The notes below the pieces were generated by a model. It made no database searches and was not told the DNA's origin. It worked only from the letters and a program-made list of their open reading frames with translations. A stretch of DNA of 62,975 bases from Bacteroidota bacterium (GTDB taxonomy: Bacteria; Bacteroidota; Bacteroidia; Chitinophagales; Chitinophagaceae), in NCBI GenBank assembly GCA_052035835.1, contig JBPOHG010000071.1:1-62975 (forward strand), given 5' to 3'. The translations under genes and the position numbers were made by a program. The first letter of the stretch is position 1. Each line of letters begins with the position of its first letter. Below are positions 19,321 through 28,631 of this stretch, piece by piece.

Positions 19321-19882
19321 ACCCCATACCTATTGTACCGTAATTGCCACCATGAAAGAGGGCGACCGGGAATTGCATACCGAATACCACGACCATCAGT
19401 ACGGCTTCCCTATTGAAGATGACAGGGAATTGTTTTGCCGGCTTATCCTTGAGATTAACCAGGCTGGACTTAGCTGGACGACCATTTTGCGGAAGCAGGA
19501 TAGTTTCAGAAAGGCATATCATGAATTTAATATTAAAAAAGTTGCATCTTATAAAGAAATAGATGTAGAACGTTTGCTCAATGACCCGGGTATCATCCGA
19601 AACAGGTTAAAAGTGCAAGCTGCTATCAGTAATGCACAAACGATACTAGGTTTGCAAAAGCAATTTGGCTCCTTTAAACAATGGCTCGATGCACACCACC
19701 CGTTGAGCAGGGAGGAGTGGACCAAATTATTTAAAAAAACATTCCGGTTTACAGGAGGGGAGATTGTGAATGAATTCCTGGTGAGTACCGGGTACCTTCC
19801 GGGGGCGCATGATGCCAATTGCCCTGTATACAAGAAGATGATTAAATCCAAGCCAGCGTGGAACCAGCGATTAAAAAAATAG
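19313..19882 (+). CDS. tag: DNA-3-methyladenine glycosylase I
   Basis: 'YHD..YG.P..DDRELF..L.LE..QAGLSW.TIL.K', 'GIIRNRLK', C-terminal H...C zinc ligands. Confidence 0.93.
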   Translation: MDKPHTYCTVIATMKEGDRELHTEYHDHQYGFPIEDDRELFCRLILEINQAGLSWTTILRKQDSFRKAYHEFNIKKVASYKEIDVERLLNDPGIIRNRLKVQAAISNAQTILGLQKQFGSFKQWLDAHHPLSREEWTKLFKKTFRFTGGEIVNEFLVSTGYLPGAHDANCPVYKKMIKSKPAWNQRLKK

Positions 19883-20415
19883 TTGCCATAGGGCCTGAAT
19901 CAACCGGAAAAAGTACAATTTGTACTCAATTGGCTGTGCATTTTGGTACCAGATGGGTACCCGAGTTTGCAAGGGAATATTTGCTGAAGCACGGCAATCA
20001 ATATACCTATCCAGATTTGTATACCATTGGGAAAGGCCAATTGCAAATTGAAGACGACGTGATTGGCCAGATGCAGGCTGATCAAAACCTGATCGGCAAT
20101 AAAGCACACCCGCTTTTTATTGACACCGATTTATATGTAATTAAAGTTTGGGGCGAATTTGTTTTTGATAATTGCGATAACAGGATACTCAATGAAATCG
20201 TTCGGCGCAGTTACGATCTATACCTGCTTTGCAACCCCGACCTCCCCTGGGAAAAAGATGAATTGAGAGAATATCCCGATTATGCATCGAGGGAACGGTT
20301 GTACCATTATTATAAAGACCTATTGGTTAACCAAGAGGTTCCCTGGCTGGAAATCAAAGGCAATCATCAGCAACGTTTACAAACAGCCATTGAGGCAGTA
20401 AATGCATTACTGTAA
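19858..20415 (+). CDS. NadR-like kinase/ATPase (AAA_28)
   Basis: Walker A 'GPESTGKS', 'VPEFAREYL', 'DTD', 'PDLPWEKD.LR'. Confidence 0.88.
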   Translation: MEPAIKKIVAIGPESTGKSTICTQLAVHFGTRWVPEFAREYLLKHGNQYTYPDLYTIGKGQLQIEDDVIGQMQADQNLIGNKAHPLFIDTDLYVIKVWGEFVFDNCDNRILNEIVRRSYDLYLLCNPDLPWEKDELREYPDYASRERLYHYYKDLLVNQEVPWLEIKGNHQQRLQTAIEAVNALL

Positions 20416-21099
20416 GAGTGCTTTGATTTCTGGGTCGCCATCGAGGTTGTTCATCTGGCGTACAATGCGTGCCGACCGGGCAGCAACATACCTGTGCAGA
20501 GGTTTTACTGTATATTTTTTTGGGTTTGGCAAGCAGGCGGCAATCATGGCAGCTTCCTGCCGGGTGAGCGCTTTTGCATCTTTGTTAAAATAAGCACGTG
20601 CAGCGGCCTGCACACCAAAAATACCCCTTCCCATTTCTGCCACATTCAGATAGGTTTCCAATACCCTTTTTTTAGACCAGAGTTTTTCAATCATGAAAGT
20701 AAAATATACTTCCAGGCCCTTTCTGAAGTATCCACCGTGCTGCCAAAGAAATACGTTTTTGGCTGTTTGCTGGCTGATGGTACTGGCCCCCCTTTTGCGT
20801 TTATGCGTTTTATTGTAGGCGATGGCTTTTTTGATTGCAGTGGTATCAAAACCTTCATGCTCGGGGAAAAGTTGGTCTTCTGATGCAATCACAGCGAGTT
20901 TGATGTTGTCGCCCATATCTGCATAATCAATATAGTCCCTTTTTAAGCCGTTGCCTTCTGCTGCATTTACGAGTTGTGTAATGGTGATGGGCGGGTTTAC
21001 CCAGCGGCAAATGATGATGTATAACAGTTGCCCGATAAACATCCAAAGCAGGATTTTCTTCGTGATACGCCACCATTTTTTTGGTTTACTATCGGTCAT
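20407..21099 (-). CDS. mtgA: Monofunctional peptidoglycan transglycosylase
   Basis: 'SEDQLFPEHEGFD', 'GASTISQQTAKNVFL', 'RKGLE', 'YLNVAE.G.GIFG'. Confidence 0.95.
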   Translation of the reverse strand: MTDSKPKKWWRITKKILLWMFIGQLLYIIICRWVNPPITITQLVNAAEGNGLKRDYIDYADMGDNIKLAVIASEDQLFPEHEGFDTTAIKKAIAYNKTHKRKRGASTISQQTAKNVFLWQHGGYFRKGLEVYFTFMIEKLWSKKRVLETYLNVAEMGRGIFGVQAAARAYFNKDAKALTRQEAAMIAACLPNPKKYTVKPLHRYVAARSARIVRQMNNLDGDPEIKALLQ

Positions 21100-21117
21100 G
21101 GGTAGTAGTTAAGTAGA

Positions 21118-21666
21118 TCAGGGTTTGCTGAGATTAATATATTCGATGCGATAATTTTTTTTGCCAATAACGATGCCTTTGCTTCCCGATTTACTGAGAA
21201 AATAGCCAACAACCCCCAGGCCTGCAGCAGCACCCATCAATTCTGGGCTGAATTTATCACGGTCGGCAATGTAAACGACCCCGCTCGCAAGTGTTAGCAG
21301 GATTCCCCCTCCCAGTAGTGCCGACCCGCTGCCCCTAAGATTGAATCCTTTCTGCGGTTTCCCGATACTAAGTATTTCTTTGAAATGATAAGCATAGCGG
21401 TAACTTCCCAGTGTATCAAGCACATAAAAGCCAAATTGCGTTACCATGTTTTGTATGATAAATTCCTGTACATACAACGTGTCGTTGCTTATTTTACTGA
21501 TCAGCGCATTTTTATATCCACCCCGCTGTGTTACAAACTCAATTTGGGTTCCTGCATAAAAGGACTTTATTGTTTTGCCTTTTTTCTTTAAAACAATAAA
21601 ATCTGCAGTCTGGCTAAAACTGCAGATGCACAACAACGTTAGTATGGCGGCGAAGCAACTACGCAT
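21118..21666 (-). CDS. Hypothetical membrane/secreted protein
   Basis: Signal peptide plus two C-terminal hydrophobic helices; co-oriented with neighbours at short spacing. Confidence 0.7.
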   Translation of the reverse strand: MRSCFAAILTLLCICSFSQTADFIVLKKKGKTIKSFYAGTQIEFVTQRGGYKNALISKISNDTLYVQEFIIQNMVTQFGFYVLDTLGSYRYAYHFKEILSIGKPQKGFNLRGSGSALLGGGILLTLASGVVYIADRDKFSPELMGAAAGLGVVGYFLSKSGSKGIVIGKKNYRIEYINLSKP

Positions 21667-21675
21667 CTGATGTTT

Positions 21676-22311
21676 TTAAGATTCGCTCATCGAGCTGTAC
21701 AATACCCCTATCAATAAAGCAACGCCAAAAGCCAGGAATAATAAACCCGAAATCTTATTGATAATCGTAATGTTTCGGTCGTTCAGTTTTTTTCTGAGCT
21801 TTCCGGCGAGGTTAATCTTGAGAATATCGGCGCTCATATTTAGTATGATACAAATAGCAAAAATAACAACCCGCTGGTTGAATGTATTAGACAGTGATTT
21901 GGTGGCAGCAGCAAACCACAATGCAATCACCCCCGGATTGAGCGTATTGATCAGAAAACCTGTAAGGAAAAGTTTTGCATGGGTGGTGCCGGCAATCCTT
22001 ACGCCTTTGTCGAGTTCATCTTTGGTATGGTATTTTTTGAAAAAGAGATAAAAGATGCCCAGGCTGATCAGGAATATCCCTCCGGCAATACCAATCGATT
22101 TTTTATAAACGATCAAAGCACCGAGTAAATCTCCAAATACATTTGCAGTTAATACCCACAGGATATCACTGAGCCATACGCCTGCAATAAAATAAAAGGC
22201 GCTGGAAACACCATAGTTGATGCGCAGCTTGATGATGGTGAATATTACAGGGCCAACAGAAAACACGAGTGCCAGCCCCAGCAGTAGTCCAGATATAATG
22301 GCATCTGTCAT
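21676..22311 (-). CDS. LysE family transporter
   Basis: 'GL...SVGP', 'GFLINTLNP', about 6 TM helices. Confidence 0.88.
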   Translation of the reverse strand: MTDAIISGLLLGLALVFSVGPVIFTIIKLRINYGVSSAFYFIAGVWLSDILWVLTANVFGDLLGALIVYKKSIGIAGGIFLISLGIFYLFFKKYHTKDELDKGVRIAGTTHAKLFLTGFLINTLNPGVIALWFAAATKSLSNTFNQRVVIFAICIILNMSADILKINLAGKLRKKLNDRNITIINKISGLLFLAFGVALLIGVLYSSMSES

Positions 22312-22346
22312 GCAGCAATAATTTGCAGAAAAATAAAGTGATCAAT

Positions 22347-23882
22347 TTAATTTGTGACACTCAGTTCAAGGAACCGTTGCCATTCTTCGAGCATTTTCCC
22401 CTTCAAAACCCTGGGAAACTTGTGTTGTCAGCCCACTTTGCCCTTCGATTTCATGAAGTCCATAAAAATCTGTTCAGGTAAAACTTCCACTTCTACTGCT
22501 TTTAACGCATGCCTTCGCTCCACTTCGTAATCATCATTCAGTAATTTCAGTTTTTCGTCTATTACTGGTGCAAGTTGTGAACCCTTGATATGGTCATCTG
22601 TTGCAATATACCACTTGTGTGCAAAGAAGTTACCGTGAGGTATACCCGCAACTGTAAATTCAGGGATGTCTACATTCAGTTCCTCGGATGCCATTTCAAT
22701 GGCTTTGTTCATATTGTCTACACTCAGGTGTTCGCCAACAAGGCTCAGGAAATGCTTGGTACGGCCAGTAATGATGATTTCGTTTTTTTCTTTGTCTACC
22801 AGCCTCACTGTATCGCCAATTGCATATCTCCATGCTCCGGCATTGGTGCTTATTAAAATAGAATAATCTTTGTTTTCTTCAATTTCGTGAATCATGTACA
22901 CTTCTGGGTCTTCTACCATATTCCCATCGCTATCGAAGTTGTGGTCATCAAAAGGTACAAACTCAAAGAATATGTTGTTATTCAGCGCCAGTTGCATGCC
23001 CCTTGTGTCTTGCCGGCTCTGATAGGCCAGGAAGCCTTCGCTTGCCAGGTAAGTTTCAATATAAGTGAGGGGCTTTCCGAGCAGTTTTTCAAACCCTTTC
23101 CTATAAGGTTCCATTGCAACACCACCATGTACATAGAAAGCCAGGTTGGGCCATAACTCATGGATATTTTTCAATTTGTAACGCTCAATAATTTTTTCGA
23201 TACAAAGTTGTAGCCATGCAGGTACCCCTACAATGAAACCTATATCCCAGTTAGGGGCCTGTTCAACAATTTCGTCGAGCTTTTTAGCCCAGTCCTTTTC
23301 CCGGGCAATTTTTTTTCCCGGTTTATACAATCCTAGCCCTAAAAACCAGAAAGGGATATTTTTTTGCTGAATACCGCTGAGGTCGCCGGCAAAATAGGAG
23401 GGGCCTTTTTGCAGTTGTGTACTTCCGCCCAACATCAGCCAACCCTTACCGATAGAACTTTTGGGAACATTATCGTACCGGGCCAGGCTTAATAATTGTT
23501 TAAAGCTGGTGATGGTATTGCTGCGAATAAGTTCTTTAGTAATGGGAATATATTTGCTGGATGCTTCACTGGTTCCGCTGCTGAGCGCAAAATATTTAAT
23601 CACGCCCGGCCAGCATACATCCGGGGTTCCTTCCAGTGTCTTGTACCACCAATCCTGGTATAGTTTATCGTAATTGTAAGTGGGAACCATTTGCTGGAAC
23701 TTTTTACCTGGATGGCGGCTCAGCAAAATCTCATCAAACTTATACTTCTGTCCGAATTGAGTAAAACGGGCTTTTCGAAGGAGTTTTTTCAACACCCTGA
23801 TCTGTTGCCTTCGGGCATCACTTACCGGCAGGTTCAGGGCCCTGGCAATGGTAGCGGGAAGCTTGATATCGAAAATGGCCAT
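22347..23882 (-). CDS. GH3 (auxin-responsive promoter) family acyl-adenylase with an in-frame TGA at 22428-22430
   Basis: 'SSGTS...SKYIP', 'YLASEG', 'RYAIGD', 'GRTK'; frame continues past the TGA as QHKFPRVLKGKMLEEWQRFL to TAA at 22347-22349. Confidence 0.85.
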
Positions 23883-23902
23883 TAACTAATTGGTTCTAAG
23901 GG

Positions 23903-23910
23903 CAAATATA
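23903..23910 (-). promoter_or_regulatory. -7 element upstream of the GH3 gene
   Basis: TATATTTG on the minus strand, 20 nt before the ATG. Confidence 0.55.
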
Positions 23911-24079
23911 CTTAATCGCTTCGCTTTATAAAGCCAAAAAGTACAAAAGGTTTGATTGGGTGAACGAAAGGGAAGATAAACAAAATCTCTAATAAGCCGT
24001 ATTTGGCCACCAGTAAAATGACAGTGAGTTTATTTGCAAAAAATGGCTACGTTTGCCACTCTAAAAACCGAAAGATCAT

Positions 24080-26239
24080 ATGAAGAAATTATTCTTATCA
24101 CTGGTGCTTGTATCGTGCCTTTTTAGGGCGAAAGCAGACGAGGGTATGTGGTTACCCATGCTTTTAGGACAGCAGGTGTACAACGACATGGTTAAAAAAG
24201 GATTGAAATTAACCAAGGAGCAGCTGTATTCAATCAATAAAGCGTCGCTGAAAGATGCGATTATTATTTTCGGCGGTGGATGTACCGGCGAAATTGTGAG
24301 CAGCCAGGGCCTTATTTTCACCAACCACCACTGTGGATATGCCGCTATCGCAGATGCCAGCAGTGTAGAGCACAACTACCTGCGTGACGGTTTTTATGCA
24401 TCCAGCAAGGACAAAGAAATTAAGACCAACCTCACGGTACAATTCCTCGAACGCATTGAGGATGTAACCAGCCAGGTAGAAGAAGGGCTGAAAGGATTGG
24501 CATGGGCCGACCGGGTAAAAAAGTTGCAGGAAGTATACAAAGGAATTACGGATAAAGTTGCCGATAAAGACAAAGGGATCAATGCCCGCGTATATAGCAT
24601 GTTTAAGGACAACCAATACCTCATGTATGTATACAAAACTTACAGGGATATCAGGCTGGTGGGCACACCACCCGAAAGTGTAGGTAAGTTTGGGGGCGAT
24701 ACCGATAACTGGGAATGGCCACGCCATACGGGTGATTTCTCCATTTTCAGGGTATATGCCGGTAAAGATGGCAACCCTGCCGAGTATAGCGCTGAAAATG
24801 TTCCATTAAAACCAAAACATTTTTTACCTGTGAGCCTGAAAGGGATCAAAGACGGTGATTATGCAATGATCTATGGATACCCCGGCAGCACCAACCGTTA
24901 TGAGAACAGTTATGGTATCAAACTGAAAAATGACATTGAGAACCCTTCCCTGGTTCGTTTAAGGGACATGCGCCTGAAATACATGCACGAACAAATGGTA
25001 AAAGACCCGGCTGTTAAATTGAAGCTTGCTTCAGACTATGCCGGTATTGCCAATTACTGGAAGTTCTTTGATGGGGAAACTAAACAGCTCACCAAGTTCA
25101 ATACGTACGGACAAAAGCAGGAATTCGAACAAAAGTTCAGCACCTGGGCCAAGGGTAAACCGGCGTATGAAAATATTTTTACCGATTACCAGAAAAATTA
25201 CGCTGAGTGGACCCCTTATGCCAAGCACCGCCAGTACTTACGGGAAGGCATACTCGGTTCCCCGCTGGCCGCCTACGCATCTTCCCTGATGGGGCTCGAG
25301 AATGCAATCCTGAAAGCAGGAAATACGCCTGCCGATATTAAAAAAGCAGCAGATGCTGCCAATGGAGCAAGAAAGAATTTCCTGGAATCGGAAGACCTTC
25401 CCAGCGACCAGAAAATCCTGGCCGGAGTTGCGCAGGCTTTTTATAATGACATTGATAAGAGCCAGCACCCGATTGGTTTCTTCGATAAAATTGCAGCTTT
25501 TGGTGATTTGCAGGATGAATCAACTTTTAAAAAGTGGGCAGCAGATGTATTTGCCAAAACCATGATCCTCGACAGTGCAAAATGGAATGCTTTTATCGCG
25601 AATCCTGATGCGGTTGCTTTACAGGCAGACCCTGCTTTTGATTTTGCAAGTTCTTTTGTAAAAAATTACAATACCAAGTATGCGCCTTTGTTCACTGCAT
25701 TCAACAACAAAAACAATGAACTCGGCCGCAGTTATATGAAAGGTATCATGGAAATGAATCCTGCAGCTGTAAATAAAATGTATCCCGATGCTAATTTCAG
25801 TATGCGTGTAAGCTATGGTAATGTAAAAAGTTACCGTCCGCGTGATGCTGTTTTTTATGATTATGTAACTACGTCAAAAGGGATCCTTGAAAAATATGTT
25901 GCCGGGGATTATGAATTCGACCTGCCCGCAAAGCAAGTTGAATTGCTGAAGAAAAGGGATTTCGGACAATACATTGATAAATCACGCAACGACCTCGTGG
26001 TGGGATTCATTACTACCAATGATATTACCGGTGGAAACAGTGGTAGCCCTGTTTTAGATGCGAAAGGGAACCTGATTGGGCTTGCTTTTGATGGTAACTA
26101 TGAGGCATTGAGCCATAAAATTGCTTTCGACAAAGACCTCAACCGTACCATATGTGTGGATGTACGTTATGTATTGTGGTGTGTAGATAAGTTGGGTGGT
26201 GCAAAAAACCTGATCGACGAATTGGTACTCGTTCGATAA
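24080..26239 (+). CDS. S46 family dipeptidyl-peptidase (DPP7-like)
   Basis: 'DEGMW', 'TNHHC', 'DNWEWPRHTGDF', 'TGGNSGSPV'; Gly in 'AFDGN' points to DPP7 rather than DPP11; TACGTTTG box at 24048-24055. Confidence 0.93.
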   Translation: MKKLFLSLVLVSCLFRAKADEGMWLPMLLGQQVYNDMVKKGLKLTKEQLYSINKASLKDAIIIFGGGCTGEIVSSQGLIFTNHHCGYAAIADASSVEHNYLRDGFYASSKDKEIKTNLTVQFLERIEDVTSQVEEGLKGLAWADRVKKLQEVYKGITDKVADKDKGINARVYSMFKDNQYLMYVYKTYRDIRLVGTPPESVGKFGGDTDNWEWPRHTGDFSIFRVYAGKDGNPAEYSAENVPLKPKHFLPVSLKGIKDGDYAMIYGYPGSTNRYENSYGIKLKNDIENPSLVRLRDMRLKYMHEQMVKDPAVKLKLASDYAGIANYWKFFDGETKQLTKFNTYGQKQEFEQKFSTWAKGKPAYENIFTDYQKNYAEWTPYAKHRQYLREGILGSPLAAYASSLMGLENAILKAGNTPADIKKAADAANGARKNFLESEDLPSDQKILAGVAQAFYNDIDKSQHPIGFFDKIAAFGDLQDESTFKKWAADVFAKTMILDSAKWNAFIANPDAVALQADPAFDFASSFVKNYNTKYAPLFTAFNNKNNELGRSYMKGIMEMNPAAVNKMYPDANFSMRVSYGNVKSYRPRDAVFYDYVTTSKGILEKYVAGDYEFDLPAKQVELLKKRDFGQYIDKSRNDLVVGFITTNDITGGNSGSPVLDAKGNLIGLAFDGNYEALSHKIAFDKDLNRTICVDVRYVLWCVDKLGGAKNLIDELVLVR

Positions 26240-26258
26240 TGATGTGTTTATAAATAAT

Positions 26259-26298
26259 AAAAAGGCCGTCGGCAATATTGCTGACGGCCTTTTCTTTT
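26259..26298. terminator. Bidirectional intrinsic terminator
   Basis: AAAAGGCCGTCGGCA...TGCTGACGGCCTTTT between convergent genes. Confidence 0.85.
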
Positions 26299-26316
26299 CC
26301 TGGCTATACTTACTTA

Positions 26317-26505
26317 TTAAAAAAACCTCCTTCGGGCAATACTGGTACGCTGGTTGCGCTGGATATTCCATAAGTCGGCTGTGCAAAATGTTTTTACAGG
26401 CACCGCCTGAAATCCGGTTGCGATGGTTTCTTTTACTTCTGATGCCAATTGGCGAAGTACAGTTTTACTTAATGGGTTGATGAGTGTTGTTGTGTTCGTT
26501 TTCAT
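26317..26505 (-). CDS. Small (62 aa) hypothetical protein
   Basis: ATG 26505 after an A-rich leader; has its own promoter (26568-26599) and a downstream terminator. Confidence 0.65.
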   Translation of the reverse strand: MKTNTTTLINPLSKTVLRQLASEVKETIATGFQAVPVKTFCTADLWNIQRNQRTSIARRRFF

Positions 26506-26567
26506 GACTTTTAAATTATAATGTTTTATAAATGTTGATGGTTTTTGATATTCCCTCATTGACAGCA

Positions 26568-26599
26568 CAAAACTAAGGATAAAATTAGTACTATGCAAA
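26568..26599 (-). promoter_or_regulatory. Consensus Bacteroidota -33/-7 promoter
   Basis: TTTG-N20-TAGTTTTG on the minus strand. Confidence 0.7.
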
Positions 26600-26605
26600 A
26601 CATAA

Positions 26606-26624
26606 TACTATTTAATTTATAGTA
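26606..26624. promoter_or_regulatory. Palindromic operator candidate
   Basis: TACTAT-N7-ATAGTA next to the -33 box; related TAGTACTA palindrome inside the promoter spacer. Confidence 0.4.
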
Positions 26625-27083
26625 ATCGGCATAATTTAAGTCCACATATTTACTATTGAATATTGTAAATCAATATTTTATAATCTGATTGAACTGCCTT
26701 ATTCATCATTCATGGGATTGTATGAATGGTAATTGGAGGGGATAGATGGAGTTTTTTTAAGGAAGGGTTATGGTTATATCACCTTATTTTTCGATTACAC
26801 TAAACGGCGCAATTTTATTTTCCTGTCTGCCGCCATTACATTTTAACATACGCATCTCCTCTTTTATGATTTAATTATGAAATTCTTCGTAGATGTGGTT
26901 CCTGCTGCATTTGAAGCCAAAAATATGATTGGTTGAAAACTGAGATTTGCCATTCAGACAAAATCGGCTGTATTTAATATGTACTCATCAAGAATCGCTT
27001 GACTTCCTTTATCTGGCAGGTTAGTTTTGAAAATAGTTGTCAGTAGCCAGGCAACATTTTATTCACCAATTAAAAGTATAGAC

Positions 27084-27455
27084 ATGAAAAAAACAACCAT
27101 TGCCATGGCAGCGATCCTGCTGCTTGGTACCACCGCATTTGCTGCAGAAGCATCCCCTCACAAAAAATCTCCGGCCGTTGCCAATCTTGAAAACAATGTT
27201 ACATGTTCGATTCCGTTGAACGATACTGCCAACAGAAAAAAAGTGGAGTTCAGTGCATTGCCCGCGAATATTCAGTATGCTATCAAAAACCAGTATGCCA
27301 ATTTTGAGCCTGTGAACCCTGTTGTCGTTTTACAAGCCGAAGGCATGAGTTCTTATTATCTCAGTGTAGAAAACGATCATAAAACGATTGACCTAAGCTG
27401 CAGTTCTGATGGAGAGATTGTTGTATTGGGCAGCCGTAAGAAGAGCAGGCAATAA
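27084..27455 (+). CDS. Small secreted protein (PepSY/BLIP-like C-terminal domain possible)
   Basis: Signal peptide 'MKKTTIAMAAILLLGTTAFA'; 'LPANIQYAIKNQY' motif; TAGTTTTG box at 27021-27028. Confidence 0.7.
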   Translation: MKKTTIAMAAILLLGTTAFAAEASPHKKSPAVANLENNVTCSIPLNDTANRKKVEFSALPANIQYAIKNQYANFEPVNPVVVLQAEGMSSYYLSVENDHKTIDLSCSSDGEIVVLGSRKKSRQ

Positions 27456-27482
27456 GTACATCTCATGTGGTATTTATTGCGG

Positions 27483-27514
27483 AGCACAGGAAGCAGGGAT
27501 CCTGTGCTTTTTTT
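27483..27514 (+). terminator. Intrinsic terminator
   Basis: AGCACAGGA...TCCTGTGCT followed by a T run. Confidence 0.75.
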
Positions 27515-27587
27515 ATTTTTAGTATGCGGTCCTTCTGATTCTGTGAAATAGCAAAAAGACTATTTTTGTGCCCTAAAAATATACAAC

Positions 27588-28562
27588 ATGAAGAAGGGAC
27601 CTGTTTCGGAATATATTCAACATCATTACAGGCATTTTAATGCGGCTGCTTTGATGGATGCGGCGAAAGGATATGAAACGCATATTCTTGAAGGAGGTAA
27701 AATGATGGTTACGTTGGCCGGTGCGATGAGTACGGCTGAGTTAGGATTGAGTTTTGCTGAAATGATCAGGCAGGATAAAGTTGCTATCATCAGTTGTACC
27801 GGCGCCAATCTTGAAGAGGATATCATGAACCTGGTTGCACATAGCCATTACAAGCGGGTGCCCAATTACAGAGACCTCAGTCCGCAAGACGAATGGGACC
27901 TTTTAGAAAATCATTACAACCGGGTAACAGACACCTGCATACCCGAAGAAGAAGCATTCAGGAGGTTGCAAAAGCATATCCATCAAATATGGAAAGAAGC
28001 GGATGAAAAAGGGGAGCGTTATTTTCCGCACGAGTACATGTATAAAATGTTGCTGAGTGGTGTATTGGAGCAGTACTACGAGATTGATCCAAAAAACAGT
28101 TGGATGCTGGCAGCCGCCCAAAAAAATATTCCCATTGTTGTGCCGGGCTGGGAAGACAGCACTATGGGAAATATCTTTGCTTCTTATGTAATTAAAAACG
28201 AGATCAAGGCCAGTACCATGAAAAGTGGTATTGAGTACATGGTATGGCTGGCCGACTGGTACCGCAATAATTCTTCGGGTAAGGGTGTTGGTTTCTTCCA
28301 GATTGGTGGTGGTATTGCCGGTGATTTTCCTATTTGTGTAGTGCCGATGATGTACCAGGACCTCGAATGGCACGATGTTCCTTTCTGGAGTTATTTCTGC
28401 CAGATCAGTGATTCCACCACTTCATATGGTTCTTATTCAGGTGCTGTTCCCAACGAAAAAATTACCTGGGGGAAGCTCGATATCAATACGCCTAAATTCA
28501 TTGTAGAAAGTGATGCAACGATCGTAGCGCCGCTCATTTTCGCCTGGATACTGGGATGGTAA
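27588..28562 (+). CDS. Deoxyhypusine synthase-like protein (bacterial; probably polyamine synthesis)
   Basis: 'TLAGAMS', 'TGANLEED', 'IGGG', 'YGSYSGAVPNEKITWGK' with catalytic-position Lys; TATTTTTG box at 27561-27568. Confidence 0.92.
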   Translation: MKKGPVSEYIQHHYRHFNAAALMDAAKGYETHILEGGKMMVTLAGAMSTAELGLSFAEMIRQDKVAIISCTGANLEEDIMNLVAHSHYKRVPNYRDLSPQDEWDLLENHYNRVTDTCIPEEEAFRRLQKHIHQIWKEADEKGERYFPHEYMYKMLLSGVLEQYYEIDPKNSWMLAAAQKNIPIVVPGWEDSTMGNIFASYVIKNEIKASTMKSGIEYMVWLADWYRNNSSGKGVGFFQIGGGIAGDFPICVVPMMYQDLEWHDVPFWSYFCQISDSTTSYGSYSGAVPNEKITWGKLDINTPKFIVESDATIVAPLIFAWILGW

Positions 28563-28578
28563 TAACAAATTTGCGAAT

Positions 28579-28612
28579 AAAAAAAGCCGGACGATCGAAT
28601 CGTCCGGCTTTT
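28579..28612. terminator. Bidirectional intrinsic terminator
   Basis: AAAAGCCGGACGAT-CGA-ATCGTCCGGCTTTT between convergent genes. Confidence 0.9.
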
Positions 28613-28631
28613 ATGTTGATGAGGGTATGAA

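Noticed and set aside
22428-22430. Selenocysteine or alternative genetic code as the explanation for the GH3 TGA
   Set aside because: The position corresponds to Gly, not Cys; no convincing SECIS-like hairpin seen; other genes in the window use TGA as a normal stop
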